Assembly: GCA_052279835.1 (NCBI GenBank)
Contig: CP181291.1
Location: forward strand, 4,800,001-4,864,000
DNA from: Microcoleus sp.
GTDB taxonomy: Bacteria; Cyanobacteriota; Cyanobacteriia; Cyanobacteriales; Microcoleaceae
Length of the DNA: 64,000 nucleotides
Reading direction: 5' to 3'
Part shown: in pieces, positions 42,299 through 52,498 of the stretch
Numbering within the stretch: the first letter of the stretch is position 1
Layout: every line of letters begins with the position of its first letter
Notes under the pieces: generated by a model
Seen by the model: only the letters and a program-made list of their open reading frames with translations
The model's database searches: none
Told to the model about the DNA's origin: nothing
Program-made: the position numbers and the translations under genes

Positions 42299-43259
42299 TT
42301 ATAATTTATCCTGCTTTGCCTCCACCATCATTTTTACTACATCGTGCATCTTATATTTTGCCTGCCAACCTAACTTTTCCTTCGCCTTAGCAGGGTTGCC
42401 TTTGCCCAGTGCAATTTCGGTCGGTCTGTAGAGACTGGTATCTATAACTGTATGTTCCTCCCAGTCTAATCCCAAAGTGGCAAAGGCTTGAGCAACAAAT
42501 TCTTTTAAGGCATGGCTCTCCCCAGTAGCAATTACATAATCATCGGGTTCTGACTGCTGCAACATAAGATACATTGCTTCAACGTATTCGGGAGCCCAAC
42601 CCCAGTCCCGCTGTACAGAAATATTACCCAGTTGCAGCTTTTCTGGACTACCCGCCGCAATCCGGCAAGCTACTGATACAATTTTTTGGGTCACAAACCT
42701 GGCTGGCCTCAGAGGGGATTCGTGATTAAATAGGATACCAGAGCAAGCAAATAAATTGTATGCCTCCCGATAATTTGCCACTTCCCAAAATGCTGTTGCT
42801 TTCGCAACTGCATAGGGACTTCTTGGGTGAAATGGGGTGCTTTCTTCGGCTGCTTTACCTCCAGTGTCGCCAAAGCATTCGCTAGAAACTGGCATTATAT
42901 AGTTTTATTTTTCCTCCAGTAAAACGTATGGCCTCTAGGAGATTAAGTGTCCCGGTGGCAATGCTTTCTAGAGTTTCTACTGGTTGCTCGAAGGACAGCC
43001 CTACGGAAGTCTGACCAGCTAGATTGTACACCTCATCTGGCTGAATTTTGCTCAGGACTTGCAAAACGCTGCGAAAATCGTTGAGGGACATGGATTCTAG
43101 CTTTACTGATTCGCGGATGCCTAAGCGCGTGAGGTTGCTGAAGGTTGACATTTGGGCATCTCGCGATGTGCCACAGACTGAGTAGCCTTTTTCGAGGAGC
43201 AATTTCGCTAAATAAGCCCCGTCTTGGCCGGATATACCACAAATTACAGCTTTTTTCAT
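42299..43259 (-). pseudogene. gmd: GDP-mannose 4,6-dehydratase, split by a +1 frameshift at approx. 42886
   Basis: MKKAVICGISGQDGAYLA...YNAS|SSECFG...PRSPYAVAK...LFNHESP; AGT TTC TAG becomes AGT TCT AGC if one T is removed. Confidence 0.9.
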
Positions 43260-43348
43260 ATAATTACCTCGAATTTTTTCGATGATGTTGGTGCTTACTC
43301 GGTTTAATATATCTGTGGATACACACTGCAATCAAGTTTTGCTAGTTG

Positions 43349-43494
43349 ATACCAATTTTTTATGAAGCTGCATAGAATTCGATCCCCCCTAACCCCCCTT
43401 AACAAGGGGGGGACAAGAGTCCAATCAAAGTCCCCCTTCTTAAGGGGGATGCGAGGGGGATCGGAATATGTGCAACTTCACATTAAATTGGTAT
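43349..43494. mobile_element. 146-bp MITE-like element (same family as 31813-32059)
   Basis: ATACCAATT...AATTGGTAT ends; CCCCCT-TAA-GGGGG hairpins. Confidence 0.85.
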
Positions 43495-43700
43495 GACTTG
43501 ACATTCGCTCAAGTGTTCCCTAAATTCGATTAAGGCTCTATTTTTTGCAGGTTTAACTTGATAACTGAGAATTATCGTTGCATTTATGAAATAATTTGCT
43601 ACAAGAGGGAAAACTAGAAGAGGCGATCGCATACCCATGCTATTGACTCACAGCCTTGTGAATTAGAGTAAAGCACTGGACTCACTACTAAGACAGTTCA

Positions 43701-44309
43701 CTATGTTCGCCACTTGAAAATAATCGTCTCCTCAGCTTGCTTAAATTCTATATCAAACAAATCAAAAACTACCTCCCTACCCAAAAGTATTTCCTCACAA
43801 AAATCAGTTTGCGCCCAAGCGACAGGCGCAGTAAAAACATGACCATCCAACTGTATTTCTACCTGTCGTAATAGATATTCAATACTGCCACCAACTCCTT
43901 CAGCTTGATTGTTAATCTCTTCAGATCCTTTAGTATAACCCAAGTCTTCACCAAGTTTTTTCGTAATCAAACTAAGTTCTGCACCTGAATCAACTAGAAT
44001 TTTCACTGTTGCGGTATGCTGAAATTTTAATAACAACTCGCATTTAGGTTGCCAATCGTGAGATTTTAAGGTTCTCATTCTGACTGGATAAAATCTGACC
44101 GGATCGACAAACTCGCTTTCAAATATCCGTTCAATTACATAATCTAAACCTGATAAACTAGGATCGATCGCATCCTTCATCTTTCGATAATCGCGATCGT
44201 GACTAATTACTCCTTTGTTAGTATAGGCTATCCACTCGCCCCGATATTTTTTTAACTCCCGGCGATGAGCTTTATACCAATCACTAGCTGTCGGATATTC
44301 TGCTTCCAT
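43701..44309 (-). CDS. DUF5678-like domain fused to a retropepsin-like aspartic protease
   Basis: KKYRGEWIAY...VISHD N-domain; LVDSGAELS catalytic motif and ILLGREVVFD. Confidence 0.8.
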   Translation of the reverse strand: MEAEYPTASDWYKAHRRELKKYRGEWIAYTNKGVISHDRDYRKMKDAIDPSLSGLDYVIERIFESEFVDPVRFYPVRMRTLKSHDWQPKCELLLKFQHTATVKILVDSGAELSLITKKLGEDLGYTKGSEEINNQAEGVGGSIEYLLRQVEIQLDGHVFTAPVAWAQTDFCEEILLGREVVFDLFDIEFKQAEETIIFKWRT

Positions 44310-44478
44310 AATTAAATCACTTTTTTGTATTGTATAAAATAATCTGTGCTTCAGTAAATTTAGGTATTAGGGCTACTTTGCCCATTACCGTCGCGATTCA
44401 GACTTTTGCACCTCATTTTACTACATGGAACAAGTTTTGCCCGATCGCCCCTAGTGGACTCCAGCCGTTACCGTCCCA

Positions 44479-44487
44479 ATTATACCA
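44479..44487 (-). promoter_or_regulatory. Extended -10 promoter TGGTATAAT upstream of the DUF5678-protease gene
   Basis: Perfect TGnTATAAT; homologous TGGTATGTT at 56529-56537 upstream of the second copy. Confidence 0.5.
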
Positions 44488-44615
44488 GACCTCAAGCGAG
44501 TTAACGATATGTTGACAATAATCAAGGATGTATGATACAAAAGTCGATAGTTATAAATTCAGCAAAGCTGCTGGGTCTAAACATAATATTAATAACTTTA
44601 AAGTAACTTGGCAAA

Positions 44616-47600
44616 ATGAACGAGCAAATGGCTGTGACTGAGTTGGACAAAGGCAATCAATTTCTGCAAGAGGGAAAACTAGAAGACGCGATCGCCGCCT
44701 ACCGTCTTGCCATTGAGCTAAATCCTGACTACTCTTGGTCTCACCACAATTTAGGGGAAGCTTTAGCAAAAGTATGTCAATTTGAAGCAGCGATCGCAGC
44801 TTTTCGTCGCGCCATAGAACTTAAACCAGATTTTTCGTGGAGTTACCATCACTTAGGGGATGCCCTAGCTCAACAGGAACAGTGGGAAGAATCGGTTATA
44901 GCCTTCCGTAAGGCGATCGAACTTAATCCCCAACATTTTGGGACTTACGTGGGGCTGGGTAATTGTTTATCAAAAATGGATCGGTTGGATGAGGCGATCG
45001 CGGCTTACCGTCGTGCCAGTGAACTTGAGCCAGAGGCCGATTGGATTCAGTATAGACTTGGGGAATTGCTGCAACAGCGAACTCAGTTGGATTTGGAAGG
45101 GGCGATCGCTTCTTATCGTCGTGCTATTGAGTTAAATCCTCACGATGTGGAATCATATCGCAAGCTCCTAAAAATACAGCCAGATAACTTGGAAGTTTGG
45201 TTAAATTTAGGGAAGGCATTGGTGAAACAAGAGCTGTGGGAAGAGGCTATCGCTTCTTATCGCCGCATTACTGAGTTAAATCCTGATGACGTGCAAGCTC
45301 ATTATCGCTTAGGGGAATTATTAATTAAGCACGGGGATTTAGACGGGGCGATCGATACTTTGCGTCATGCTCTTGAACTGAGTCCCAACTCTGACGAATC
45401 TTACTATAACTTAGGAGAAGCACTAGCAGCTCAAGGAAACGCAACCGAAGCCAGCCTCTGTTACTACAAGGCTTTCAAGCTAAATCCTAATAATATGCAA
45501 GCCAGTCAAAAATGTCCTCGGATTTATGACTGTTTTGCCTTTTTTAATGAACTAGATGTTCTCAGAATTAGGATAGAAGAACTCAAGGATGTTGTAAATA
45601 AGTTTATTTTAGTAGAAGCTACAAAAACCTTTAGCGGCAACCCCAAGCCACTTTATTACCAAGAATTCAGCCATGAGTTTACTGAGTATCACGATAAAAT
45701 CATTCACTATGTTGTGGATGATATGCCTGAAATTGACTACAGTCAACCTGTTCATCTCCAAGCATGGCCTCTTGACGTTCACCAAAAAAATTGTATAAGT
45801 AGGGTATTAAATTCTATTGATTGCAAAGATGAGGATATTATCCTAGTCAATGACTGCGATGAAATTCCGCGAAAGGAAAAACTGAGTGAAGCTATTGAAT
45901 TACTTAAAGATAATGAGTTTGTCATATTTGTTCAAGATTTGTATCACGGTCATTTAGATAATCTATACAGTGAGTGGTGGTGCGGAACTGTTGCTTGTAA
46001 ATATAAAGACTTTAAAGTTAGAACTTACACTAAAGTTAGGTATTCAGACAAAATAAACACAGGGTTAGACATGGGCGACCCTACTTATAAACGTTCTGGT
46101 TACATTAATAGCAACCAGTATTTTGAACATCCATACCTACTTAAGAGTGGCTGGTCATTTAGCTGGTTTGGCTCGGAATTATCCCGTCGCTACAAATTGC
46201 AAAGTTTTGCACATAAAGAAGGTGATGATTCCGAAGCAAGAAAAATTGAAAAAATTAAATATGACGTATGTAGACCAAGCTTGGAGATGGAATCATCAGG
46301 CGAGTTTTATTTCGATGCCAGAGACATAGAAGGTAAAGATGTGCCGGAATTTTTGAGTAAAAATATCCTCAAGTATCGGCATTTTCTTCAGCCTCGACAA
46401 ACGGAACTGATGGGTAAAATTGGTGGAGATTTTAAACAAGTTGAAACTCAAATTGACCTTCTTAAAAATGAAGCCATAAAAGTAAAACTTCAACTAGAAA
46501 AGGGGATTCAAAATCTGCTAAAAGTTTGTGATACTTTGGCAGAAAGGGGTAATCTCGTAGAGGCGATCGCACAATGGCGACAGCTAGTAGAGCTTTACCC
46601 AGAATTCACCAGTAAAAAATGTTTTTTAAGCAACTTAGATGGGATAAAGACTTTCCAAATCAACCCAGAAGATTATACTTTAATTTCAGGACAGGTTGTT
46701 CAAACACCCAACGGTCAACAGCTAGTTAGCCAGACAGGTAATTACGGGCAAATTTGCTACGGGCCTTATGTTAGCTTACCGGATGGTTTATATAAAGTTA
46801 AAATCAACGTGGAGAGCTCTGATTTTTATGGGATCAAAGACGGGATCAATTCGGGAAAGGCTTGGTTTAAATTTGATGTAGCAGTGAATAAAGGTCTGGT
46901 AATCTACGAAGAGAATGTTTACAATAATAATCAAGTCGAACATGAGTTTTTTATAGATGTTAACGCTAAAGATTTAGAACTGCGTTTCTGGGCTACAGGC
47001 TTATTCTTTGCAGTAAATTTTATAGAACTCAAATTAATTTATCAAACAGATTTTCAAATATTTACAGAAATTTATAAACAAAATCATTGGATCAGAAAAA
47101 TAGACAAAATAGAAGTCAGAGACGATCGAGATTATTATGGTCAATTTATTTATGCCGAGTGGAATCACCCCTATGAAAGGACTAGAGATTGGGCAAAAGA
47201 CTCTTTATATCTTATAAAAACTGAAAGATGGGGTGAATATATCCTACCAGGAACTATTGCAATAGACATTGGTGCTCATACTGGGGATACTGCATTACCG
47301 ATGGCCATTCTCACTGGTTCGACTGGAATGGTGCTGGCTTTTGAACCAAATCCTCACGTTTATAAAGTTCTAGAAGTCAATCAGTCCCTAAACAAGGATG
47401 AAATGAATATAGAAATTTTCGATGCAGCTATCATGGCAAACGAAGGGATATATGATTTCACTTATGGGGACTCTGAATGTTGTAATGGTGGCTATGATGA
47501 TTTGTTGGAATGGAATACGACGAATCCTGATGTTACGGTAATTCCGGTTAAAGGTGTTAATTTAGTAACTTTTTTGCAGAGCAGATTTGGTCAAGAGTAC

Positions 47601-49499
47601 GATCGCGTTATCAAGAGATTGAGTTTTATTAAAATAGATTGTGAAGGTTATGACAAAGAAGTGATTAAAACTATCAAGCCGATTATTGATGTGGCAAAAC
47701 CAGCTTTGTTTGTAGAATGGTTTATAAATTTCAATCAAGAGCAGACTGATGATTTATTTCAGAGCATTCATAATTTAGGTTACTCTTGTTACAATCCAAT
47801 AACTTTAGAGTTGCAAGAAGGAGATGTTAACAAAAAAATTCCTGATATTTTATGCCTGCCAAATCCGTCATTAGAAACACAAAACCGCAGTAACTTTATT
47901 GATGTAAGGGATAAAGGAGAGATTTGTGACGGAATATGGGAGGTCATAAATCAGCCAGAAATACTCAAGGAAGATACTCAAAATTCACCCATAGAAATTA
48001 GCCAAGAATATGCCTATGAACACTTTGCTCAAACAAGTAGTTATAAAATAATTAACTTGTTTTCATTGACGGATGAGGATAAATTTTTTCTGTTGGAAAA
48101 AGGTCTGTCTATAAACAGTTTAGAGTTAATAGCAAAAGAGGATAAAGAACAAGAAAATAGATACATAAACTATTTTGTTGGGGGGTTAAATAATCATGAA
48201 AATTACCCTGTTGCTATCCACCAAAATAGTTTATTAACAACTGGGTATATTTATACGTTGAGTCCTTTTAGTGACAGCATCTTACGTTCTAATCATTCAT
48301 TTTTAGTAAATTATTGGGAAATAGGACATCATGATTTACAAGCATTTTGTTATCGGTTTAGCGGAGAAAAAATATTCTATTTGATTATTGGTGGTATGGG
48401 TAATGAAAAGACAGGTCTTTACATACCCGAACTAGACCTCATTATAATTTTTGTTGCAGCAATGCAAACGGCGAAACTAGATAAAACAATAAACAAACTC
48501 AAGAGCTATATGGTGAGCTATTTCCAGCCCGTTAAATCTTACATTTTGAATACTCATTCCAAGCCATTAGTGAATCAAATTGGGTTATTCTTTAACATTG
48601 GTCATTATGTTTGGAATGAACTAGGCGGAATTTGTATAATAAATCATCATGAGCCAATGCAAAAAGTAGTAAATAATTTTTTGATTGGAGCTGGTGACTA
48701 CTTTGGTGCTATGGACATTTTTCCTGAAATTATACACACTAATAATGTGATTCAAGTTAAAGATGCTTTTGACGCTTTTAAAGCAATAGTAAACAATAAC
48801 TATCTGGCTTTGAGGATAGTTGGTTCATATATGAAGCAAGAATTGATTCATAAAATTATTCAGGTATCCCTAACTAAATGTTCTCCTAATTTCCTAGAAC
48901 AGGTGAAAGCAGCGAAAGAAAAGTGTTTTCCAATAATAGGTCTTCAATTTCGTACTGGTAGTCGAGTTTGGTCATCTCAGGTGGAAGGACTCGCAAATAT
49001 CGTCAATAAGCTTTACGAAGAGTTTCCTAACTTGGGAGTAGTCTTTGATGGGTGGTCATCAATTCCTGGCCAAGAATATTCTTCAGATGTAACAAGTGTA
49101 AATATTCAAAGAGACAAGGCAGTTGAGGAGCAGATAAAAAATCTGATTCCATCTGGTATTCCTATATATTCTGCCATTGGTGCAACAACTTATGAAACAG
49201 TAATTTGGTGGCATCAAGCCATAGATACTGGTATTGAACCTCTGAGTGGTGGACTTTTATTTTCTTCATGGATAGCAGATAAGCCAGGAGTTATTCATTC
49301 TCGATCTGACTTGTATCATACCTGGGTTCAAGCTTTTACCACAGCTTATTGCAGGGAAAACCTAGTAGGATCAAAAATATTTGTAGGATCCCACCAAGAT
49401 TCTCCAGGCGATTACAACAGTAATTATGAGTGTGATTGGGAAGTAATTTATAATGAAGCACTTAAACTAATCAAGAACCTGACTCAGGAGAGAGAGTAA
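44616..49499 (+). CDS. TPR, GT17-like glycosyltransferase, FkbM methyltransferase and unknown C-terminal domain fusion
   Basis: About eight N-terminal TPRs; IYDCFAFFNELDVLRIRIEEL...VEATKTFSGNPKPLY and NDCDEIP (GT17); IDIGAHTG, AFEPNP, FIKIDCEG (FkbM). Confidence 0.85.
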   Translation: MNEQMAVTELDKGNQFLQEGKLEDAIAAYRLAIELNPDYSWSHHNLGEALAKVCQFEAAIAAFRRAIELKPDFSWSYHHLGDALAQQEQWEESVIAFRKAIELNPQHFGTYVGLGNCLSKMDRLDEAIAAYRRASELEPEADWIQYRLGELLQQRTQLDLEGAIASYRRAIELNPHDVESYRKLLKIQPDNLEVWLNLGKALVKQELWEEAIASYRRITELNPDDVQAHYRLGELLIKHGDLDGAIDTLRHALELSPNSDESYYNLGEALAAQGNATEASLCYYKAFKLNPNNMQASQKCPRIYDCFAFFNELDVLRIRIEELKDVVNKFILVEATKTFSGNPKPLYYQEFSHEFTEYHDKIIHYVVDDMPEIDYSQPVHLQAWPLDVHQKNCISRVLNSIDCKDEDIILVNDCDEIPRKEKLSEAIELLKDNEFVIFVQDLYHGHLDNLYSEWWCGTVACKYKDFKVRTYTKVRYSDKINTGLDMGDPTYKRSGYINSNQYFEHPYLLKSGWSFSWFGSELSRRYKLQSFAHKEGDDSEARKIEKIKYDVCRPSLEMESSGEFYFDARDIEGKDVPEFLSKNILKYRHFLQPRQTELMGKIGGDFKQVETQIDLLKNEAIKVKLQLEKGIQNLLKVCDTLAERGNLVEAIAQWRQLVELYPEFTSKKCFLSNLDGIKTFQINPEDYTLISGQVVQTPNGQQLVSQTGNYGQICYGPYVSLPDGLYKVKINVESSDFYGIKDGINSGKAWFKFDVAVNKGLVIYEENVYNNNQVEHEFFIDVNAKDLELRFWATGLFFAVNFIELKLIYQTDFQIFTEIYKQNHWIRKIDKIEVRDDRDYYGQFIYAEWNHPYERTRDWAKDSLYLIKTERWGEYILPGTIAIDIGAHTGDTALPMAILTGSTGMVLAFEPNPHVYKVLEVNQSLNKDEMNIEIFDAAIMANEGIYDFTYGDSECCNGGYDDLLEWNTTNPDVTVIPVKGVNLVTFLQSRFGQEYDRVIKRLSFIKIDCEGYDKEVIKTIKPIIDVAKPALFVEWFINFNQEQTDDLFQSIHNLGYSCYNPITLELQEGDVNKKIPDILCLPNPSLETQNRSNFIDVRDKGEICDGIWEVINQPEILKEDTQNSPIEISQEYAYEHFAQTSSYKIINLFSLTDEDKFFLLEKGLSINSLELIAKEDKEQENRYINYFVGGLNNHENYPVAIHQNSLLTTGYIYTLSPFSDSILRSNHSFLVNYWEIGHHDLQAFCYRFSGEKIFYLIIGGMGNEKTGLYIPELDLIIIFVAAMQTAKLDKTINKLKSYMVSYFQPVKSYILNTHSKPLVNQIGLFFNIGHYVWNELGGICIINHHEPMQKVVNNFLIGAGDYFGAMDIFPEIIHTNNVIQVKDAFDAFKAIVNNNYLALRIVGSYMKQELIHKIIQVSLTKCSPNFLEQVKAAKEKCFPIIGLQFRTGSRVWSSQVEGLANIVNKLYEEFPNLGVVFDGWSSIPGQEYSSDVTSVNIQRDKAVEEQIKNLIPSGIPIYSAIGATTYETVIWWHQAIDTGIEPLSGGLLFSSWIADKPGVIHSRSDLYHTWVQAFTTAYCRENLVGSKIFVGSHQDSPGDYNSNYECDWEVIYNEALKLIKNLTQERE

Positions 49500-49565
49500 G
49501 TATTTCCCAGATAATTTTTAAGAGCGAAACAGCCCCCTCAAAAATATCAGAATACCCTAGCATTT

Positions 49566-50333
49566 TCATTGATTTCGCCTTAACCATGCTCCAGGCCAGT
49601 GAGTCACATTCTCCGTTAAATCACTCTCACTAAACGGCCATTTAGGTTGCTCCAACACAAACTCAGGATGCTTTTCTGCAAACTCAGCAGCCGCAGCAGT
49701 AGGATGATCCCACTTCCACTCAGGATTCCCGCGCGGCACATCATCCAAATCCTTCATAATTCCATCGGTGGCAATTATATAGGAACCTGGTGTCACAAAA
49801 CTTGAATAAGCCTCTAACTCATCAGCAACGTGCTGTTTTGTGTGACACGAGTCAAGAATTACCAAGACAGTCTCCCCTGGATTTACCAGTTTTTTCACCT
49901 CATCTACAATACTGGTATCTGTAGAACTGCCTTCAACTAAAGTAATGAACGATGACAGTTCGTGTTCCTCTATAGCCTTGCGATTGTGGGGACGAATTTC
50001 AATATCAACTCCTACAACCCTACCCTTCCCCATTGCTTTAAAAAGGCTCGCGTAATAAATCAGCGAGCCTCCGTGAGCCACCCCGGTTTCAATAATTACA
50101 TCGGGTTTAACCTGATAGATAACTTCCTGAATGCGGATCAAATCTTCAGGAAGTTGCAGCAAAGGGCGACCCAGCCAACTAAATGTATAAGAATATTTCT
50201 GATTCCATCCAATTTTAACCCACTGAAGCGATATCAGTTCAAAAGCCTCTTTTGTATAAAGGTCTAATACCTGTTTCTGGTTATCAATCTCACAAGTGAG
50301 TGTGTTTTCACTCGTATCAATTATCAATTTCAT
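49566..50333 (-). CDS. CmcI/cephalosporin-hydroxylase-family (sugar O-methyltransferase-like) protein
   Basis: WLGRPLLQLPED, KPDVIIETGVAHGGS, VILDSCHT. Confidence 0.85.
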   Translation of the reverse strand: MKLIIDTSENTLTCEIDNQKQVLDLYTKEAFELISLQWVKIGWNQKYSYTFSWLGRPLLQLPEDLIRIQEVIYQVKPDVIIETGVAHGGSLIYYASLFKAMGKGRVVGVDIEIRPHNRKAIEEHELSSFITLVEGSSTDTSIVDEVKKLVNPGETVLVILDSCHTKQHVADELEAYSSFVTPGSYIIATDGIMKDLDDVPRGNPEWKWDHPTAAAAEFAEKHPEFVLEQPKWPFSESDLTENVTHWPGAWLRRNQ

Positions 50334-50336
50334 AAA

Positions 50337-51497
50337 TTACTCCACTAATAGGTCAATGTTTAAGTTGGATGCCTTTAATAATACTAGATTTTCTTGATAA
50401 TAATTCGGGTTCATCAAAATAGCAGTTGTAATTTCTCGATTTGCTATATCCTGATAGCTGACAATAGGATGAGCAGCCCCGGGAATATATTTACCTTGTT
50501 TATTCGGGTTCAGGTCAATAATGCAATCAATCCATTTACGATCGGGATCGATCAGATTAGCAAAAGTTACACCTTTAGCTCCAGCCCCCCAAAGAGCCAC
50601 TTTGCCTTGGTTAGCTAATTTTTGAATCTTAATTTCCCACTTGTTAAGCAGTTCACGTTCTGATGTCGCAAACTGCTTAGCTAAAGTTGAAATGAATGCT
50701 GGTTGTTTCGTGACAGCAGGTTCTACTGACGGAATCGTAGCTTCTAACCATAGATATTGCCCTTGAAATATATGATCTACGCTCTTAACCTGAAAACCAG
50801 ATACTTCAAAAGCCGTCGCTAGAGACTCTGCTGTAAAGTAGGAACAATGTTCGTAGAAAAAATCCCATATTACTTGATTGCGGAGTATCCACTCAACGCA
50901 AGGTGTTTCAAAGAAAACGCGAGCGTTAGGAGAATGAACTAAAGCTTGTCGGACAGAAAAGAGTAAGCTCAAAGGATCGGGAATGTGTTCTATCGCGTGG
51001 CGACAAACAACCACGTCAGCATGAATATTAGCACACTCTGAGTCATAGTAACGCTTCTCAAACTTCAGGCGGCCGTCAAGAATAGTTTCTTCCCCGACAT
51101 AACTTGGGTCAAACCCATAACCCTGATTTCCCCATTCCTCAGATTCTACTAGCTTCCTTAAAAATGAACCCTTACCGCAGCCCACTTCCACAATCGAGCA
51201 ATTTTGAACATTTTTATCATAGATTAGAGACCGGGCCAGTTCGGAAATATAACTCTCAAAAGATGGCGAATAAGTCTGGGTATTATCATACTCCTTGCCA
51301 TAGCTTAACTTGGAACCATCAAAATCCTGATTAAAAATAAATCCACAGTCTTCACAAACTGCTAGAGTTAAATTGCCACGATTTATTTCTATAGCAGATA
51401 TTCTATCTGCCATCACTAAGTTTTGGTGGACTGGTACGCTACCTCGAACCAAAAATGGGGCTATTAAGTTAGAATTGCAAACAGGACATCTCTGCAT
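50337..51497 (-). CDS. Zn-binding SAM methyltransferase, NDP-hexose C-methyltransferase-like
   Basis: CPVC..CEDC, VEVGCGKG, YEHCSYF, WGAGAKG, DLNPNKQG. Confidence 0.8.
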   Translation of the reverse strand: MQRCPVCNSNLIAPFLVRGSVPVHQNLVMADRISAIEINRGNLTLAVCEDCGFIFNQDFDGSKLSYGKEYDNTQTYSPSFESYISELARSLIYDKNVQNCSIVEVGCGKGSFLRKLVESEEWGNQGYGFDPSYVGEETILDGRLKFEKRYYDSECANIHADVVVCRHAIEHIPDPLSLLFSVRQALVHSPNARVFFETPCVEWILRNQVIWDFFYEHCSYFTAESLATAFEVSGFQVKSVDHIFQGQYLWLEATIPSVEPAVTKQPAFISTLAKQFATSERELLNKWEIKIQKLANQGKVALWGAGAKGVTFANLIDPDRKWIDCIIDLNPNKQGKYIPGAAHPIVSYQDIANREITTAILMNPNYYQENLVLLKASNLNIDLLVE

Positions 51498-51571
51498 ACT
51501 TAAGATCCATTTATCTGGAAAGATTTATAATTTTTTGTATCTGTTAGTATCATTTTCCAAATTTTCACTAA

Positions 51572-52498
51572 TTACTCAATTTTAAATCCTGTAGAATTTG
51601 AATTTTCCCACCAGATTATAGCTTGCCTTAATCCCATTTCCAAATTTAATTTTGGCTGCCAACCCACCTCATTAGATAAGCGAGTCACATCCGCGACTAA
51701 CAAAGGTGCTTCTTTCGCAGCAGAGGGAATAGCACCTAACTGCACTAAATCCGATCGCCCAATTATATCTGCTATCTTATAAACAACATCTTTAATCGCG
51801 ATCGCCCTTCCCGATCCAATATTAACAGCACCCGTCACCTCACTCTCCAAAAGAGCCACAAAAGCATCAGCCACATCCTGTACGTACAAAAAATCCCGGA
51901 TTTGATTGCCGTGAGAGCAGCGAGCAGGCTCTCCCTTCAACAGAGAAAGAATCACCGAAGAAACCAGCCGATTTGGGTACTCGCCAGCACCGTAGGGAAA
52001 GAAAATACGTCCCCAAGCACTGCTGAGACTTGTCGTCTCGCAATAGCAACTCACCATCTCCTGCAAAGCATTTTTACAAATACCGTAAGGAGTATCTGGA
52101 TTTCTCGGCGTGATAAATTCTGAGCAATAACCGTACTTCCAATCATACTCCGCGCAGGTTCCACCCATGACAACCCGATCGCCCCCTTGCTCTCGAAATT
52201 GCCTCAACAATTCCAAACTAGCCTGCACCCACAAAAAATTATCCTCAGACTTCCAGTATTGTCCAGGCACAGTATAACACCAGGCAAAATGCAGCAAATG
52301 TGTAGGTTTTACTTGACAAATTAACTGCTTAATGGATGTAATATCTAATAAATTTGCCAGATGCCAAGTACAATCCGAATTGACAGCAGGCAAAGTCTTA
52401 GAAGCGACAGCATGAACCTCAAACCCCCGTTCGACTAGCGTAGGAAGTGAGTGTCTGCCCACAAAACCCCCTGCACCCGTAACCAGCACTTTTTTCAT
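51572..52498 (-). CDS. NAD-dependent sugar epimerase/4-ketoreductase
   Basis: VTGAGGFVG, YGICK. Confidence 0.85.
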   Translation of the reverse strand: MKKVLVTGAGGFVGRHSLPTLVERGFEVHAVASKTLPAVNSDCTWHLANLLDITSIKQLICQVKPTHLLHFAWCYTVPGQYWKSEDNFLWVQASLELLRQFREQGGDRVVMGGTCAEYDWKYGYCSEFITPRNPDTPYGICKNALQEMVSCYCETTSLSSAWGRIFFPYGAGEYPNRLVSSVILSLLKGEPARCSHGNQIRDFLYVQDVADAFVALLESEVTGAVNIGSGRAIAIKDVVYKIADIIGRSDLVQLGAIPSAAKEAPLLVADVTRLSNEVGWQPKLNLEMGLRQAIIWWENSNSTGFKIE

